Source of the DNA: Acidimicrobiales bacterium
Lineage (GTDB): Bacteria > Actinomycetota > Acidimicrobiia > Acidimicrobiales > Iamiaceae
Assembly (NCBI GenBank): GCA_035630295.1
Contig: DASQKY010000030.1
Coordinates: 1,426 to 65,425, forward strand
Length of the DNA stretch: 64,000 nucleotides
Reading direction: 5' to 3'
Shown: in pieces, positions 1-8,209 of the stretch
Layout of the letters: the number at the start of each line of letters is the position of its first letter
How positions within the stretch are numbered: position 1 is the stretch's first letter
The notes under the pieces: model-generated
What the model was told of the DNA's origin: nothing
What the model saw: only the letters and a program-made list of their open reading frames with translations
Database searches by the model: none
Made by a program: the position numbers and the translations under genes

Positions 1-2
1 GC

Positions 3-419
3 AAGCGCGAGCTGGCCGAGGTCACCGCCTTCGAGCTGGTCATCCTCGTGATCCTCGGCGACATCGTCCAGCAGGGCGTCACCCAGGAGGACATGTCGGT
101 CACCGGAGCCGCCCTGGCCGTGTCCACCATGGGCCTGCTGGCAGTGGGCACGTCCGTGGTCGGCCGGCGCTACCGGGCCGTCCGGCCGCTGCTGGAGGGC
201 CGGCCCTCGATCGTGGTGCACGACGGCCGGATCCTCGACGACGTCCTGCGCCGCCAGCGCATCCCCCGGGCCGAGCTCGACGAGGCCGCCCGCAAGCGGG
301 GCCTCCCCGACCTGGCCGACGTGGCCTGGGGCATCGTCGAGACCGACGGCACCTTCTCCTTCGTCGAGCGCAGCGCCGACACCGCCGACCAGCTCGACCC
401 GCAGGAGGGCCAGCACTGA
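3..419 (+). CDS. DUF421/YetF-family membrane protein, 5' end outside window
   Basis: Frame is open from base 3 (KRELAEVTAFELVILVILGDIVQQG). C-terminal part has the YetF-type signature (IVVHDGRIL...LRRQRI...AARKRG...IVETDGTFS). Confidence 0.8.
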   Translation, partial: KRELAEVTAFELVILVILGDIVQQGVTQEDMSVTGAALAVSTMGLLAVGTSVVGRRYRAVRPLLEGRPSIVVHDGRILDDVLRRQRIPRAELDEAARKRGLPDLADVAWGIVETDGTFSFVERSADTADQLDPQEGQH

Positions 420-514
420 CCGGGTCAGGGGCTCTGGCGAGCGATGCGATGCCCCGCCCGGAGGTCGAACACCGGCCCGGCTCGGGCGCGGCGCGGCCCG
501 GGACGGGGGCGGCA

Positions 515-1537
515 TCACGACCGGGGCCGGTCGCCGCGGCGAAGGGAGCGGGGGGAGCTGGCGGCGGTGCGGAGGCGGCCGTCGCGGTAGCGGACGCCGC
601 CCCGGGCCAGGCGGCACCCGACGGCCAGCCACGAGGTCACGGCCCGCTCCCCCACCCACAGCGGGGCCCACAGGGCGCTGGTGGCCGGGTACCAGCCCCG
701 CCCCCCGCCCCGGCGCCGCCCGGCCTCGGCCAGCGCCACCGCCCCGACGGCCAGGGCCAGCACGGCCCGGCGACCCCCAAGCACGGCGACGGGTAGGACG
801 GCCAGCTCGGCGGCCAGGTGGGCCGGCCGGGCCAGCTCGTCGTAGGCCTGCCGCACCCGCTGCTCGGCGAAGCGGCGGGGCTGGGGCGGGTCCCGCGGCA
901 CGACCAGGGCCAGGTCGACGGCGGTGCGGCCGCCCCGGGCCGCCAGGGTGCGCTCCAGCTCGAGGTTCTCGAACAGCACGTCGCCCCGGTAGCCGCCATC
1001 GAGCAGGGCGGCCCGCCGCACGACCAGCGTGCCGGGCCAGTCCCCGCCCACCGCCCGCTGGACCAGGCTCCGGGCCGTGTCCCACCGGGCCACCGGCGTC
1101 AGCGGGCGGTAGCAGTTCTGCGGCCGGAGGGCGGCCAGGCCCTCGGCCTCCATGCGGGCCAGGGCCCGCTCCAGGGTCGGCCGGTCCCAGTGCACGTCGT
1201 CGTCGGCCAGCACCACGACCTCCTGGCCGGCGGCCCGGGCCCCGGCCAGGACGCCACCAACCTTGCCGTTCGGCGTCCGGTCGGCCTCGGCCAGCTGCAC
1301 CCGGCGGACGGTCGGGGGCCACGCCCGGGCGTGGGCCTCCTGCACCTCGGGGGGCGAGCCGTCGGCCACGATCACCTCGGCCACCTCGCCGGCCAGGCGC
1401 CCCAGCCGGTGGCCCAGCTCCGGGACGGGGTGCTCGGTCCGCAGCGGGACGACCACGCTCAGGGCCAGCGGCGCCGCGGCCTCGACGGGCGGGGTGGCGG
1501 GCAGAGCGGCCGGGTCCAGCGGGAGCACCAGGGTCAC
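515..1537 (-). CDS. Glycosyltransferase family 2 protein, probably leaderless
   Basis: SVVVP N-terminal strand, VIVADGS, NGKVGG, LADDDV (DxD motif), hydrophobic C-terminus. GTG start lies about 8 nt below a GGGCAG -10-like box. Confidence 0.8.
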   Translation of the reverse strand: MTLVLPLDPAALPATPPVEAAAPLALSVVVPLRTEHPVPELGHRLGRLAGEVAEVIVADGSPPEVQEAHARAWPPTVRRVQLAEADRTPNGKVGGVLAGARAAGQEVVVLADDDVHWDRPTLERALARMEAEGLAALRPQNCYRPLTPVARWDTARSLVQRAVGGDWPGTLVVRRAALLDGGYRGDVLFENLELERTLAARGGRTAVDLALVVPRDPPQPRRFAEQRVRQAYDELARPAHLAAELAVLPVAVLGGRRAVLALAVGAVALAEAGRRRGGGRGWYPATSALWAPLWVGERAVTSWLAVGCRLARGGVRYRDGRLRTAASSPRSLRRGDRPRS

Positions 1538-1545
1538 CCCCGTCG

Positions 1546-1571
1546 CTGCCCCGGCCGGCGGTCGCTCACAC
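1546..1571 (-). promoter_or_regulatory. Putative SigB/SigF-type promoter of GT2 gene (GTGTG-N15-GGGCAG)
   Basis: -10 box identical to the other island promoters; -35 is degenerate. Confidence 0.45.
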
Positions 1572-1585
1572 AGGCGCGGATCTTC

Positions 1586-1610
1586 GGTTCACCGCCGCCG
1601 GCCCGGGCAG
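1586..1610 (+). promoter_or_regulatory. Putative SigB/SigF-type promoter of ferritin-like pair (GGTTC-N14-GGGCAG)
   Basis: Motif about 35 nt upstream of ATG 1645; AGGAGG RBS lies between them. Confidence 0.55.
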
Positions 1611-1644
1611 CAGGGCGCCCACCCACCGGCGCGCAGGAGGATCC

Positions 1645-2868
1645 ATGGGCTTCAACCCGCTCGAGCACGAGGGCATCCCGGTCGACCAGCAGTTCCGCAG
1701 CTGGAAGGAGCTGAACGTCGACCCGCTCCCGGCTCGGCCCGACGACCCCTACACGATGACCCGGGTCATCCTCATGAACGGGATCGAGGTCGAGGCGGCG
1801 ATGTTCTCCCACCAGTTCGCCCGCCACACCGACAACCCCGAGATCAAGCGGTCCCTGGCCGTGAGTCGGCGGATCGAGCAGCAACAGCAGAAGGCGGTGA
1901 ACTGGCTGCTGCCGGGCGAGAACTCGGTCCTGGAGACCACCATCGGCTACGAGCAGGTGGCCGTGGACCTGACCGCCTGGCTGGCCCGCAACGAGCCCGA
2001 CCCCCACCTCAAGCAGGCCCTCGACTTCGCCCTGCTGGAGGACTTCGACCACCTGTACCGCTACAGCAACCTCTACGAGATGATCCAGAGCGGGCGGGCC
2101 GCCGAGCTGACCAAGGGCCTGACCGAGATCACCCCGGGCCGCCCCACCTTCGCCCACCACCGCCATCCCGTGGACGAGCTGCGCCGCCACTACGCCACCC
2201 AGACGGTGAACCCGCTCTCCCGCCTCCACGTCATGACCATCGTCGCCGCCGAGCAGCAGACGATGAACTACTACATGAACACCGGGCCCGACTTCATCGA
2301 GCCCATCGCCCGCAGCCTCTACCTGGAGATCGCCCAGGTCGAGGAGCAGCACGTCTCGCACTACGAGTCGCTGCTCGACCCGCTGGACTCGTGGCTGGCC
2401 AACCTCCTCTACCACGAGGCCACCGAGGTCTACCTGTACTGGTCCATGTTCCAGCAGGAGTCCGATCCGCGGGTGAAGCAGCTGTGGGAGCTGCACCTGA
2501 ACTTCGAGATCGGCCACCTCCAGGAGGCGGCCCGGATGCTGCGGCGCTTCGAGGGCCGGGAGCCCGAGGAGTTGCTGCCGCCCGAGCTGCCCGGCATCCC
2601 GCTCACGTTCGAGACCAACAAGGACTACGTCCGCTCGGTGCTGGCCGCCCAGCTCGACCTGCGGACCGACGAGGAGGACTACGTCCCGGTCGACGACCTC
2701 CCCGCCGACCACCGCTTCTTCGCCTTCCAGGACAAGGCCAACGGCGACGGCGTGCCCAGCGAGGACGTCATCACCCAGAACGTGGAGGCCAACGGCCGCG
2801 ACTACCGGGACGAGACCGAGGGACCGAACCCCATCGTCGACCTGCGCCAGCCCGCCGGCCAGGCCTGA
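1645..2868 (+). CDS. Tandem two-domain ferritin-like (di-metal carboxylate) protein
   Basis: AGGAGG RBS and strong GC3 bias. Two sets of helix-bundle ligand motifs: GIEVEA/EQQQ/YEQV/EDFDH and AEQQ/EEQH/HEATE/EIGH. Confidence 0.7.
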   Translation: MGFNPLEHEGIPVDQQFRSWKELNVDPLPARPDDPYTMTRVILMNGIEVEAAMFSHQFARHTDNPEIKRSLAVSRRIEQQQQKAVNWLLPGENSVLETTIGYEQVAVDLTAWLARNEPDPHLKQALDFALLEDFDHLYRYSNLYEMIQSGRAAELTKGLTEITPGRPTFAHHRHPVDELRRHYATQTVNPLSRLHVMTIVAAEQQTMNYYMNTGPDFIEPIARSLYLEIAQVEEQHVSHYESLLDPLDSWLANLLYHEATEVYLYWSMFQQESDPRVKQLWELHLNFEIGHLQEAARMLRRFEGREPEELLPPELPGIPLTFETNKDYVRSVLAAQLDLRTDEEDYVPVDDLPADHRFFAFQDKANGDGVPSEDVITQNVEANGRDYRDETEGPNPIVDLRQPAGQA

Positions 2869-2882
2869 GAGGAGCACACGAC

Positions 2883-3593
2883 ATGCCGACCAACGCCGCC
2901 TACCACCTCGGGGCCACGTCGAAGCCCATGCCCATGGTGTATGTCGACCCCGAGCGGGCTGTCACCGACGAGCAGCTGGCCGCCGTGGCCGAGGGCACCG
3001 GCCTCAACGGGGCCTTCATCGCCGACGTGCTCTCCGACGCCCTCATGCACGAGCGCTGCGGGTTCCACCTGTACCGCTCGGTGGCGGGGCGCACCAACAA
3101 CCCGATCCTGAAGCGCCGCTACCAGGAGCTCGGCGACGAGACCCTCACCCACGTCACCGTCCTGGAGGAGCTCATCGCCGCCGTGGGCGGCGACCCCGGC
3201 TACGTGAGCCCCGCGGCCCGGGGCACCGAGAAGCTGGACATGGGCGCCCTGGAGGGCTCGTTCATGCTGTCCGGCTCGGTGGACCTGATGACCCAGGAGC
3301 TGATGATGCTCAACGCCGTGGTGCTGGCCGAGGCCATCGACCACGCCAACTGGGAGACCATGGCCGCCCTGGGCGCGGCCTGCCCGGACGGACCGGTGAA
3401 GGACGCCATGGTCCGGGCCGTGGAGCAGGTCCTGCCCCAGGAGGAGGAGCACGTCACCTGGGCCCGCGACATGCGCCAGCGGATGATCCTGCTCCAGGCC
3501 CAGAGCAAGGCCATGACCCGGGTGGGGGCCACCATGGAGACGATGGTGGCCAGGATCAGTTCCATGTTCGACGACGCGCCGGTACCCGGCTGA
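2883..3593 (+). CDS. Ferritin-like domain protein (YciF/rubrerythrin-like)
   Basis: GAGGAG RBS then ATG 2883, inside ORF 1152..3593. Motifs HERCG, DETLTH, LAEAIDH, QEEEH. Confidence 0.75.
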   Translation: MPTNAAYHLGATSKPMPMVYVDPERAVTDEQLAAVAEGTGLNGAFIADVLSDALMHERCGFHLYRSVAGRTNNPILKRRYQELGDETLTHVTVLEELIAAVGGDPGYVSPAARGTEKLDMGALEGSFMLSGSVDLMTQELMMLNAVVLAEAIDHANWETMAALGAACPDGPVKDAMVRAVEQVLPQEEEHVTWARDMRQRMILLQAQSKAMTRVGATMETMVARISSMFDDAPVPG

Positions 3594-3622
3594 CAGCCCC
3601 GATCGGCCGCAGCGCCGCCCGG

Positions 3623-5248
3623 CTACAGGTCGGGCAGGCGCTGCGGCAGGCCGACCAGGGGCCGGAGCGGGTCCCCGGTGGTGGCCAGGCGATCGAGCAC
3701 GGTGCGCACCGTCCACCGGTCGGGGGCGAGGTCGGGGTCGTCCAGCTCCTCCCAGGCGATGGGCACCGAGACCGGCGCGCCCGGGGCGGGGCGGGTGGTG
3801 AACGGCGCCACCAGCGTCTTGTTGATGGCGTTCTGGGTGTAGTCGAGGCGGGCCAGCCCGCCCCGGTCGCGCTTGGTCCAGGCCCAGCTCACCATCTCGG
3901 GCACCACCTTCCCCACCGCCCGCGAGATGGTCTCCACCCACCCCCGGGTGTCGTCGAAGGACGGCCCGGGCGCCACCGGGATCCAGATCTGGATGCCCCG
4001 CTTGCCGGTGACCTTGGCCCCGGCCTGCACGCCGACGCGGTCGAGGGCCACCTTGTGCAGGCGGGCCAGGACGATCACGTCGTCGAAGGTGCTCTTGGGC
4101 CCGGGGTCGAGGTCGATCAGCGCCCAGGTGGGCTGGCGCCAGGCCGAGGCCGGCGACGTCCAGGGGCTGAGCTCGAGGGCCGCGTAGTTGGCCAGCCAGG
4201 CCAGGGCGGGCGGGCTGTCGGCCACGATGTAGGTCTGGGTATCGCCCGGATCCGCGTCCGGGTAGGTCCACCGGGTGATCCACGACGGCGCGTGCGACGG
4301 GGCTTCCTTGTGCCAGAAGCCCGGGCGTTCGACCCCGTCGGGGAAGCGGAGGGTGTTCACGGGCCGGTCGTAGAGGTACGGCAGCAGGGCCGGGGCCACG
4401 CGGGCGTGGTAGCGGATCACGTCGCGCTTGGTCACCGCCTCGCCGCCCTCCCGCCCCGGGAACAGCACCTTGTCCAGGTTGGTGAGCTTGAGGGTCCGGC
4501 CCTGCAGCTCCCACTCGCCCTTGGCCCCCAGCGCGTCGAGGGCGGCCAGCTCGTCGGGGGTGGGCGGGTCCCACGTGGGGATCTCGGGCCGGGCCCCGTC
4601 CGCCATCGCCTCGTCGCCGGGCCCGGCCCCCCCGGTGACCAGGCCCTCGGTCGAGGACCAGGTGGCGTCGCCGGCGGCCCGCACCTCGTCGTTGGTGCGG
4701 CCGGTCTTGACCGAGGTGGGGTGGTCCTCGGCGTCCCAGCCGGCCACGGCGTGGTCGTCGTGCTTGTGGAGGAGCAGCCAGTCGTCGCCCCCGCCCTTGC
4801 GCACGAAGACGAAGCGCCCGGCCAACCGCTCCCCGGCCAGGTCGACGTGCAGGTCGCCACCCTCGACCGCGGCCAGCGGGTCGTCACCCTTCGCCAGCGA
4901 CCACGTGCCCCAGTCCCAGACGATGACGTCGCCCCCGCCGTACTCGCCGCGGGGGATGGTGCCCTCGAAGTCGAAGTAGTCGAGTGGGTGGTCCTCGACG
5001 TGCACGGCCAACCGGCGGGCGTCGGGGTCCAGGGTGGGACCCTTGGGGACGGCCCAGCTGACCAGGACCCCGCCCATCTCCAGCCGGACGTCGTAGTGCA
5101 GGCGCCGGGCTCGGTGGCGCTGGACGACGAAGCGGTGGCCGTCCCCGGCCGGCGGCGGGCCGGCGCCCGCCGGCTCCGCCGTGACCGAGAAGTCCCGCTT
5201 GTCCCGGTAGCGCCGGAGCCGGTCCTCGTCCGGGGGGGTCATGCCCAC
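3623..5248 (-). CDS. LigD-type 3'-phosphoesterase + primase/polymerase fusion, no ligase domain
   Basis: N-terminal YRDKRDF..TAEP, FVVQRH.ARRLHYD.RLE, SWAVPKGP, VEDHP (PE domain). C-terminal LTNLDKVLFP, DLDP, TGKRGIQ, DYTQN, APFTTR (POL domain). Start is 5248 or 5242. Confidence 0.85.
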   Translation of the reverse strand: MGMTPPDEDRLRRYRDKRDFSVTAEPAGAGPPPAGDGHRFVVQRHRARRLHYDVRLEMGGVLVSWAVPKGPTLDPDARRLAVHVEDHPLDYFDFEGTIPRGEYGGGDVIVWDWGTWSLAKGDDPLAAVEGGDLHVDLAGERLAGRFVFVRKGGGDDWLLLHKHDDHAVAGWDAEDHPTSVKTGRTNDEVRAAGDATWSSTEGLVTGGAGPGDEAMADGARPEIPTWDPPTPDELAALDALGAKGEWELQGRTLKLTNLDKVLFPGREGGEAVTKRDVIRYHARVAPALLPYLYDRPVNTLRFPDGVERPGFWHKEAPSHAPSWITRWTYPDADPGDTQTYIVADSPPALAWLANYAALELSPWTSPASAWRQPTWALIDLDPGPKSTFDDVIVLARLHKVALDRVGVQAGAKVTGKRGIQIWIPVAPGPSFDDTRGWVETISRAVGKVVPEMVSWAWTKRDRGGLARLDYTQNAINKTLVAPFTTRPAPGAPVSVPIAWEELDDPDLAPDRWTVRTVLDRLATTGDPLRPLVGLPQRLPDL

Positions 5249-5280
5249 AGGTTGCCCGGCGGGCCGCCCCCCCGGGGTGA

Positions 5281-5901
5281 TCAGGAGCCGGTGACCTGGT
5301 CCTTGGCCCCCTGGGCCCGCTCGGTGACCTGCTGCTGGGCCTCCTGGGCCCGCTCGGTGACCTGCTGCTGGGCCTCCTGGGCCTGGTCGCGCACCTCGGA
5401 CATGGCCTCGGTGGCGGCCTCGCGCGCCGCGCCGGCCACCTCCTGCCCCATGGCGGTGGCCTGTTCCTGGAGGGGATCCAGGACCTTGCCGGCCACCTCG
5501 ACCTCCTCCCGAGTGGGCGGGGCCATCGACCCGACCAGGACGCCGAGGCCGAAGGCCACGGCTCCCGCGGCCAGGGGGTTGCCCTCGGTGCCCTGCCGGA
5601 TGCGGTCGGGCGCCTGGGCGACCTGGTCGCCGAGCGACGAGGCCGCCTCGGACACCGCCGAAGCCGCGCCGGACACCGTGGAGGTGGCACCCGAGACGCC
5701 CGAGCTGGCGGCGCCCACCGCCTGGCGTGGGGGCCCCATGACCTGGTGGCGGACACGGGTGGAGACTCGACGCACCTTGTCCATGCGGCGACCCACCACC
5801 CGCCCGGGACTGACCCGGTCGCCGATGGCGTCGACCGTGCCCGTCATGCGGGCCCGGGTCTGCTCGATGTCGTGCCTCAACTCCGTCGTTCGCTCAGCCA
5901 C
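5281..5901 (-). CDS. DUF3618 domain protein with ElaB/YqjD-like membrane segment and 11-mer repeats
   Basis: GTG 5901. LRHDIEQTRARMTGTVDAIGDRVSP (DUF3618) and NPLAAGAVAFGLGVLVG. Start overlaps the upstream gene's end. Confidence 0.8.
   Translation of the reverse strand: MAERTTELRHDIEQTRARMTGTVDAIGDRVSPGRVVGRRMDKVRRVSTRVRHQVMGPPRQAVGAASSGVSGATSTVSGAASAVSEAASSLGDQVAQAPDRIRQGTEGNPLAAGAVAFGLGVLVGSMAPPTREEVEVAGKVLDPLQEQATAMGQEVAGAAREAATEAMSEVRDQAQEAQQQVTERAQEAQQQVTERAQGAKDQVTGS
5311..5383. repeat. Perfect 33-bp tandem repeat (about 2.2 copies) encoding QEAQQQVTERA
   Basis: ctgggcccgctcggtgacctgctgctgggcctc at 5311-5343 and 5344-5376, plus a partial copy to 5383. Confidence 0.95.
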
Positions 5902-6275
5902 TGCGCGTCCTCCTTGAGGGTCTGGATGGTCTGCTCCGGCGCCGGGTCCAGCGCCTTCGCCTCGGCCCGTCCCCGCTGGGCGAGGACGGCGGCCGCCGCG
6001 CCGAGCACGGCCGTGACGATCAGGAAGGCCAGCCACGTGGGCATGACCTCGTCCAGGGCGAAGCCCAGGGTCAGCACCAGGCCGATGCCGGCCAGCAGGG
6101 CGACGACGGCCGCGGCCCCGAAGGCCGCTCCCGCCCGCCCGGCCTTGCGGCCCTCGATCTTGAGCTCCTCCTTGGCCAGGTCGACCTCCTGGCGGAAGAG
6201 CGTGGACAGCTCCTGGCTCAGCTCGCCGAGCAGCTCGGGGAGCGAGCGTTCGGGGCGCAGCGGCTCGTCGCTCAT
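5877..6275 (-). CDS. Actinobacterial phage-holin-like (Phage_holin_3_6/YqjE-like) membrane protein
   Basis: SLPELLGELSQELSTLFRQEVDLAKEELK, two TM helices, PEQTIQTLKEDAQWL tail. ATG overlaps the upstream TGA. Confidence 0.8.
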   Translation of the reverse strand: MSDEPLRPERSLPELLGELSQELSTLFRQEVDLAKEELKIEGRKAGRAGAAFGAAAVVALLAGIGLVLTLGFALDEVMPTWLAFLIVTAVLGAAAAVLAQRGRAEAKALDPAPEQTIQTLKEDAQWLSERRS

Positions 6276-6919
6276 GCGCCACCCACCCATCCGGCGGTGG
6301 AGCCGCCGGGATCGGTGCCGGGCATGGCCGGGGGCGGCGGCGGCGACGGGACCGGCGGAGGCAGCGGCGCGGCGGGCGCCGGCATGCCGGCCGCCGGGGT
6401 GGGGGTGACAGCACCGTTGCCGTTGCCGTCGCCCTCGTCGGATCGGGCCTCTCGGCCGGCCCGGGCTAGCCGGCCCACCAGCACGCCGGCGGCGGCGGCC
6501 CCGGCCAGGAAGACCACCGGCCGGCGGCGGGCCATGTCACCGACCTCCTGCACGACGCCCTGGACGCCCATCTCCTCGGCCCGGTCGGCCATCCGGCCCA
6601 GGTGCTCGCTGGCCTGCCGGGCCAGGTCTCGGGTCCGGCCGGCATCGTCGGGCCGGCCGTCGCACAGGGCCTCCAGCTCGTTGGCCGTGCCCCGGGCCGC
6701 ACCGGCCAGGTCGCGCAGGCGCTGCTCGAGCTGGTCGCGCACCTCGCCGGTGGCGGAGTCGAGGACGCCGCGGGCCTGCTCCACGGCTTGGCCGCCCACG
6801 GAGGCGGCCTGCTCGGCGGCGGTGCCCATCACCTCCCGGGCCTGCTCGGCGGCGGTGGAGGCCACCTGCCGGCCCTCGTCGGCGGCGGTGCGCATCGTGT
6901 CGGTCGTCGTGTCGGTCAT
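6272..6919 (-). CDS. ElaB/DUF883-like stress protein with 11-mer repeats
   Basis: GAGGAG RBS, ATG 6919. C-terminal ARRRPVVFLAGAAAAGVLVGRL anchor. Confidence 0.7.
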   Translation of the reverse strand: MTDTTTDTMRTAADEGRQVASTAAEQAREVMGTAAEQAASVGGQAVEQARGVLDSATGEVRDQLEQRLRDLAGAARGTANELEALCDGRPDDAGRTRDLARQASEHLGRMADRAEEMGVQGVVQEVGDMARRRPVVFLAGAAAAGVLVGRLARAGREARSDEGDGNGNGAVTPTPAAGMPAPAAPLPPPVPSPPPPPAMPGTDPGGSTAGWVGGA

Positions 6920-6970
6920 CGGGGCTCCTCGTCGGATGGCTGACGTGGTCGCTGCGGTCGTGGGGCCCGA

Positions 6971-6997
6971 CTGCCCGCGGCCCCAGGCGGTGAAACG
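6971..6997 (-). promoter_or_regulatory. Putative SigB/SigF-type promoter (CGTTT-N16-GGGCAG)
   Basis: About 50 nt upstream of ATG 6919; heads the 6919-3623 minus-strand unit. Confidence 0.6.
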
Positions 6998-7390
6998 TGC
7001 GCCGCCGAGCACGATGCGACGTCAGCGGAGCGGTTGGACCCGCCGATCGCGCTGCTTCAGCAACAAGTGGACCGATCACTAACCGCAAACATCCTTACGC
7101 CTCTTGACCAACCACGAGCCGTGGGACTTGACGCACTAGATGTTGCCGTCTTCACCACATCTCAACATTTTCCCCCTTCGCGCACGGGTCGCAAGGGCGG
7201 TTGTGGTTGCTTCGCCCCCAACGACTTCTCGCCGGACGCCCCACATCCGTTGCGGCCAGAACCTGCGAGCACCGACGAGATCTTTGGCGGCGACACCGAG
7301 ACACTTGCGTATCGAGTCACCACTCAAACGTCGGAGAAACGACAACACAACAACGTCATCTGCAACATCATCGAAGTGGAGGGACCAAAG

Positions 7391-8209
7391 GTGATCGAGA
7401 CGTCACGCTACTCATGGGAGGGCGCTGAGGAGGTCGAGGGTCTCCGCGAGCTCAAACGATCAGTGGACGAGAACCGCAAGAGGATCCTCGCTCACCCCAT
7501 CTACAACGAGCTGGACACCGTTGCGGATCTTCGCATCTTCATGAGCTACCACGTCTTCGCGGTGTGGGACTTCATGTCTCTGCTGACCGCCCTCCAACGG
7601 CGGTTCACGTGCGTCGACATCCCCTGGCGACCACGAGGTGCGCACCTGGCCCGCCGCCTGGTCAACGAGATCAAGCTGGTCGAGGAGAGCGACGGCATCG
7701 ACGGTGAGTACGTCAGCCACTTCGAGCTCTACCTCGATGCCATGGACGACATCGGGGCCGACACCACCACCATCCGGACCTTCCTGGACCGCATCGAAGC
7801 CGGTGTCGACGTGCCCGAAGCCCTGCGCCAGGCGGAAGTCCCCGAGGCCGTGGCCAGCTTCGTGGGCACGACGTGGGACGTGGTGCAGACGGCACCGGAT
7901 CACGTGATCTCGGCCATGTTCGCCCTCACCCGGGAGGACCTCATCCCCGACATGTTCGAGCGGGTGGTGGCCGGTGCCGCGCACGAGGACAGCCTGGCCA
8001 AGTTCCTCACCTACCTGCACCGGCACATCACCGTGGACGCCGAGGAGCACACCCCCATGGCCATGGCCCTGCTCCAGAGCCTGTGCACCGACGACGAGCA
8101 CTGGAACGAGTGCGAGAAGGCCAGCGGCCGCTGCCTGGACGAGCGGCTGAACCTCTGGACCGCCGTCCACGACGCCATCGTCACGGAACGAGAGCTGGTG
8201 GCCCCATGA
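7391..8209 (+). CDS. DUF3050 heme-oxygenase-like diiron oxidase (HDO)
   Basis: HPIY..L....DL.IFM.YHVFAVWDFMSLL.ALQ...TCV..PW.P, NEI.L.EESD, SHFELYLDAM, REDLIP.MF, YL.RHI.VDAEEH.PMA. GTG 7391 follows GGAGGGA; the ORF caller extends the frame to TTG 7034. Confidence 0.85.
   Translation: MIETSRYSWEGAEEVEGLRELKRSVDENRKRILAHPIYNELDTVADLRIFMSYHVFAVWDFMSLLTALQRRFTCVDIPWRPRGAHLARRLVNEIKLVEESDGIDGEYVSHFELYLDAMDDIGADTTTIRTFLDRIEAGVDVPEALRQAEVPEAVASFVGTTWDVVQTAPDHVISAMFALTREDLIPDMFERVVAGAAHEDSLAKFLTYLHRHITVDAEEHTPMAMALLQSLCTDDEHWNECEKASGRCLDERLNLWTAVHDAIVTERELVAP

Noticed and set aside
449-796. ORF 449..796 (+)
   Set aside because: Antisense to the GT2 gene, low-complexity P/G/A/R sequence, no RBS.
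2820-2868. C-terminus of the ferritin-like protein as an encapsulin targeting peptide
   Set aside because: GPNPIVDLRQPAGQA does not match the L-x-I/V-G-S-L-type motif convincingly, and no encapsulin gene is in the window.
5311-5383. 33-bp direct repeat as a possible CRISPR array
   Set aside because: The copies abut with no spacers, there are only about 2, they are in frame within a CDS, and no cas genes are present.
7034-7390. TTG 7034 as the true start of the DUF3050 gene
   Set aside because: Codon usage there lacks GC3 bias, family similarity starts only after about 7440, and a good RBS precedes GTG 7391. It is kept only as a low-ranked finding.
7136-7428. Short ORFs in the AT-rich leader (7140..7394 +, 7201..7428 +, 7136..7348 -) as RiPP precursors
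   Set aside because: No RBS, no recognisable leader/core pattern, and no peptidase or transporter nearby.
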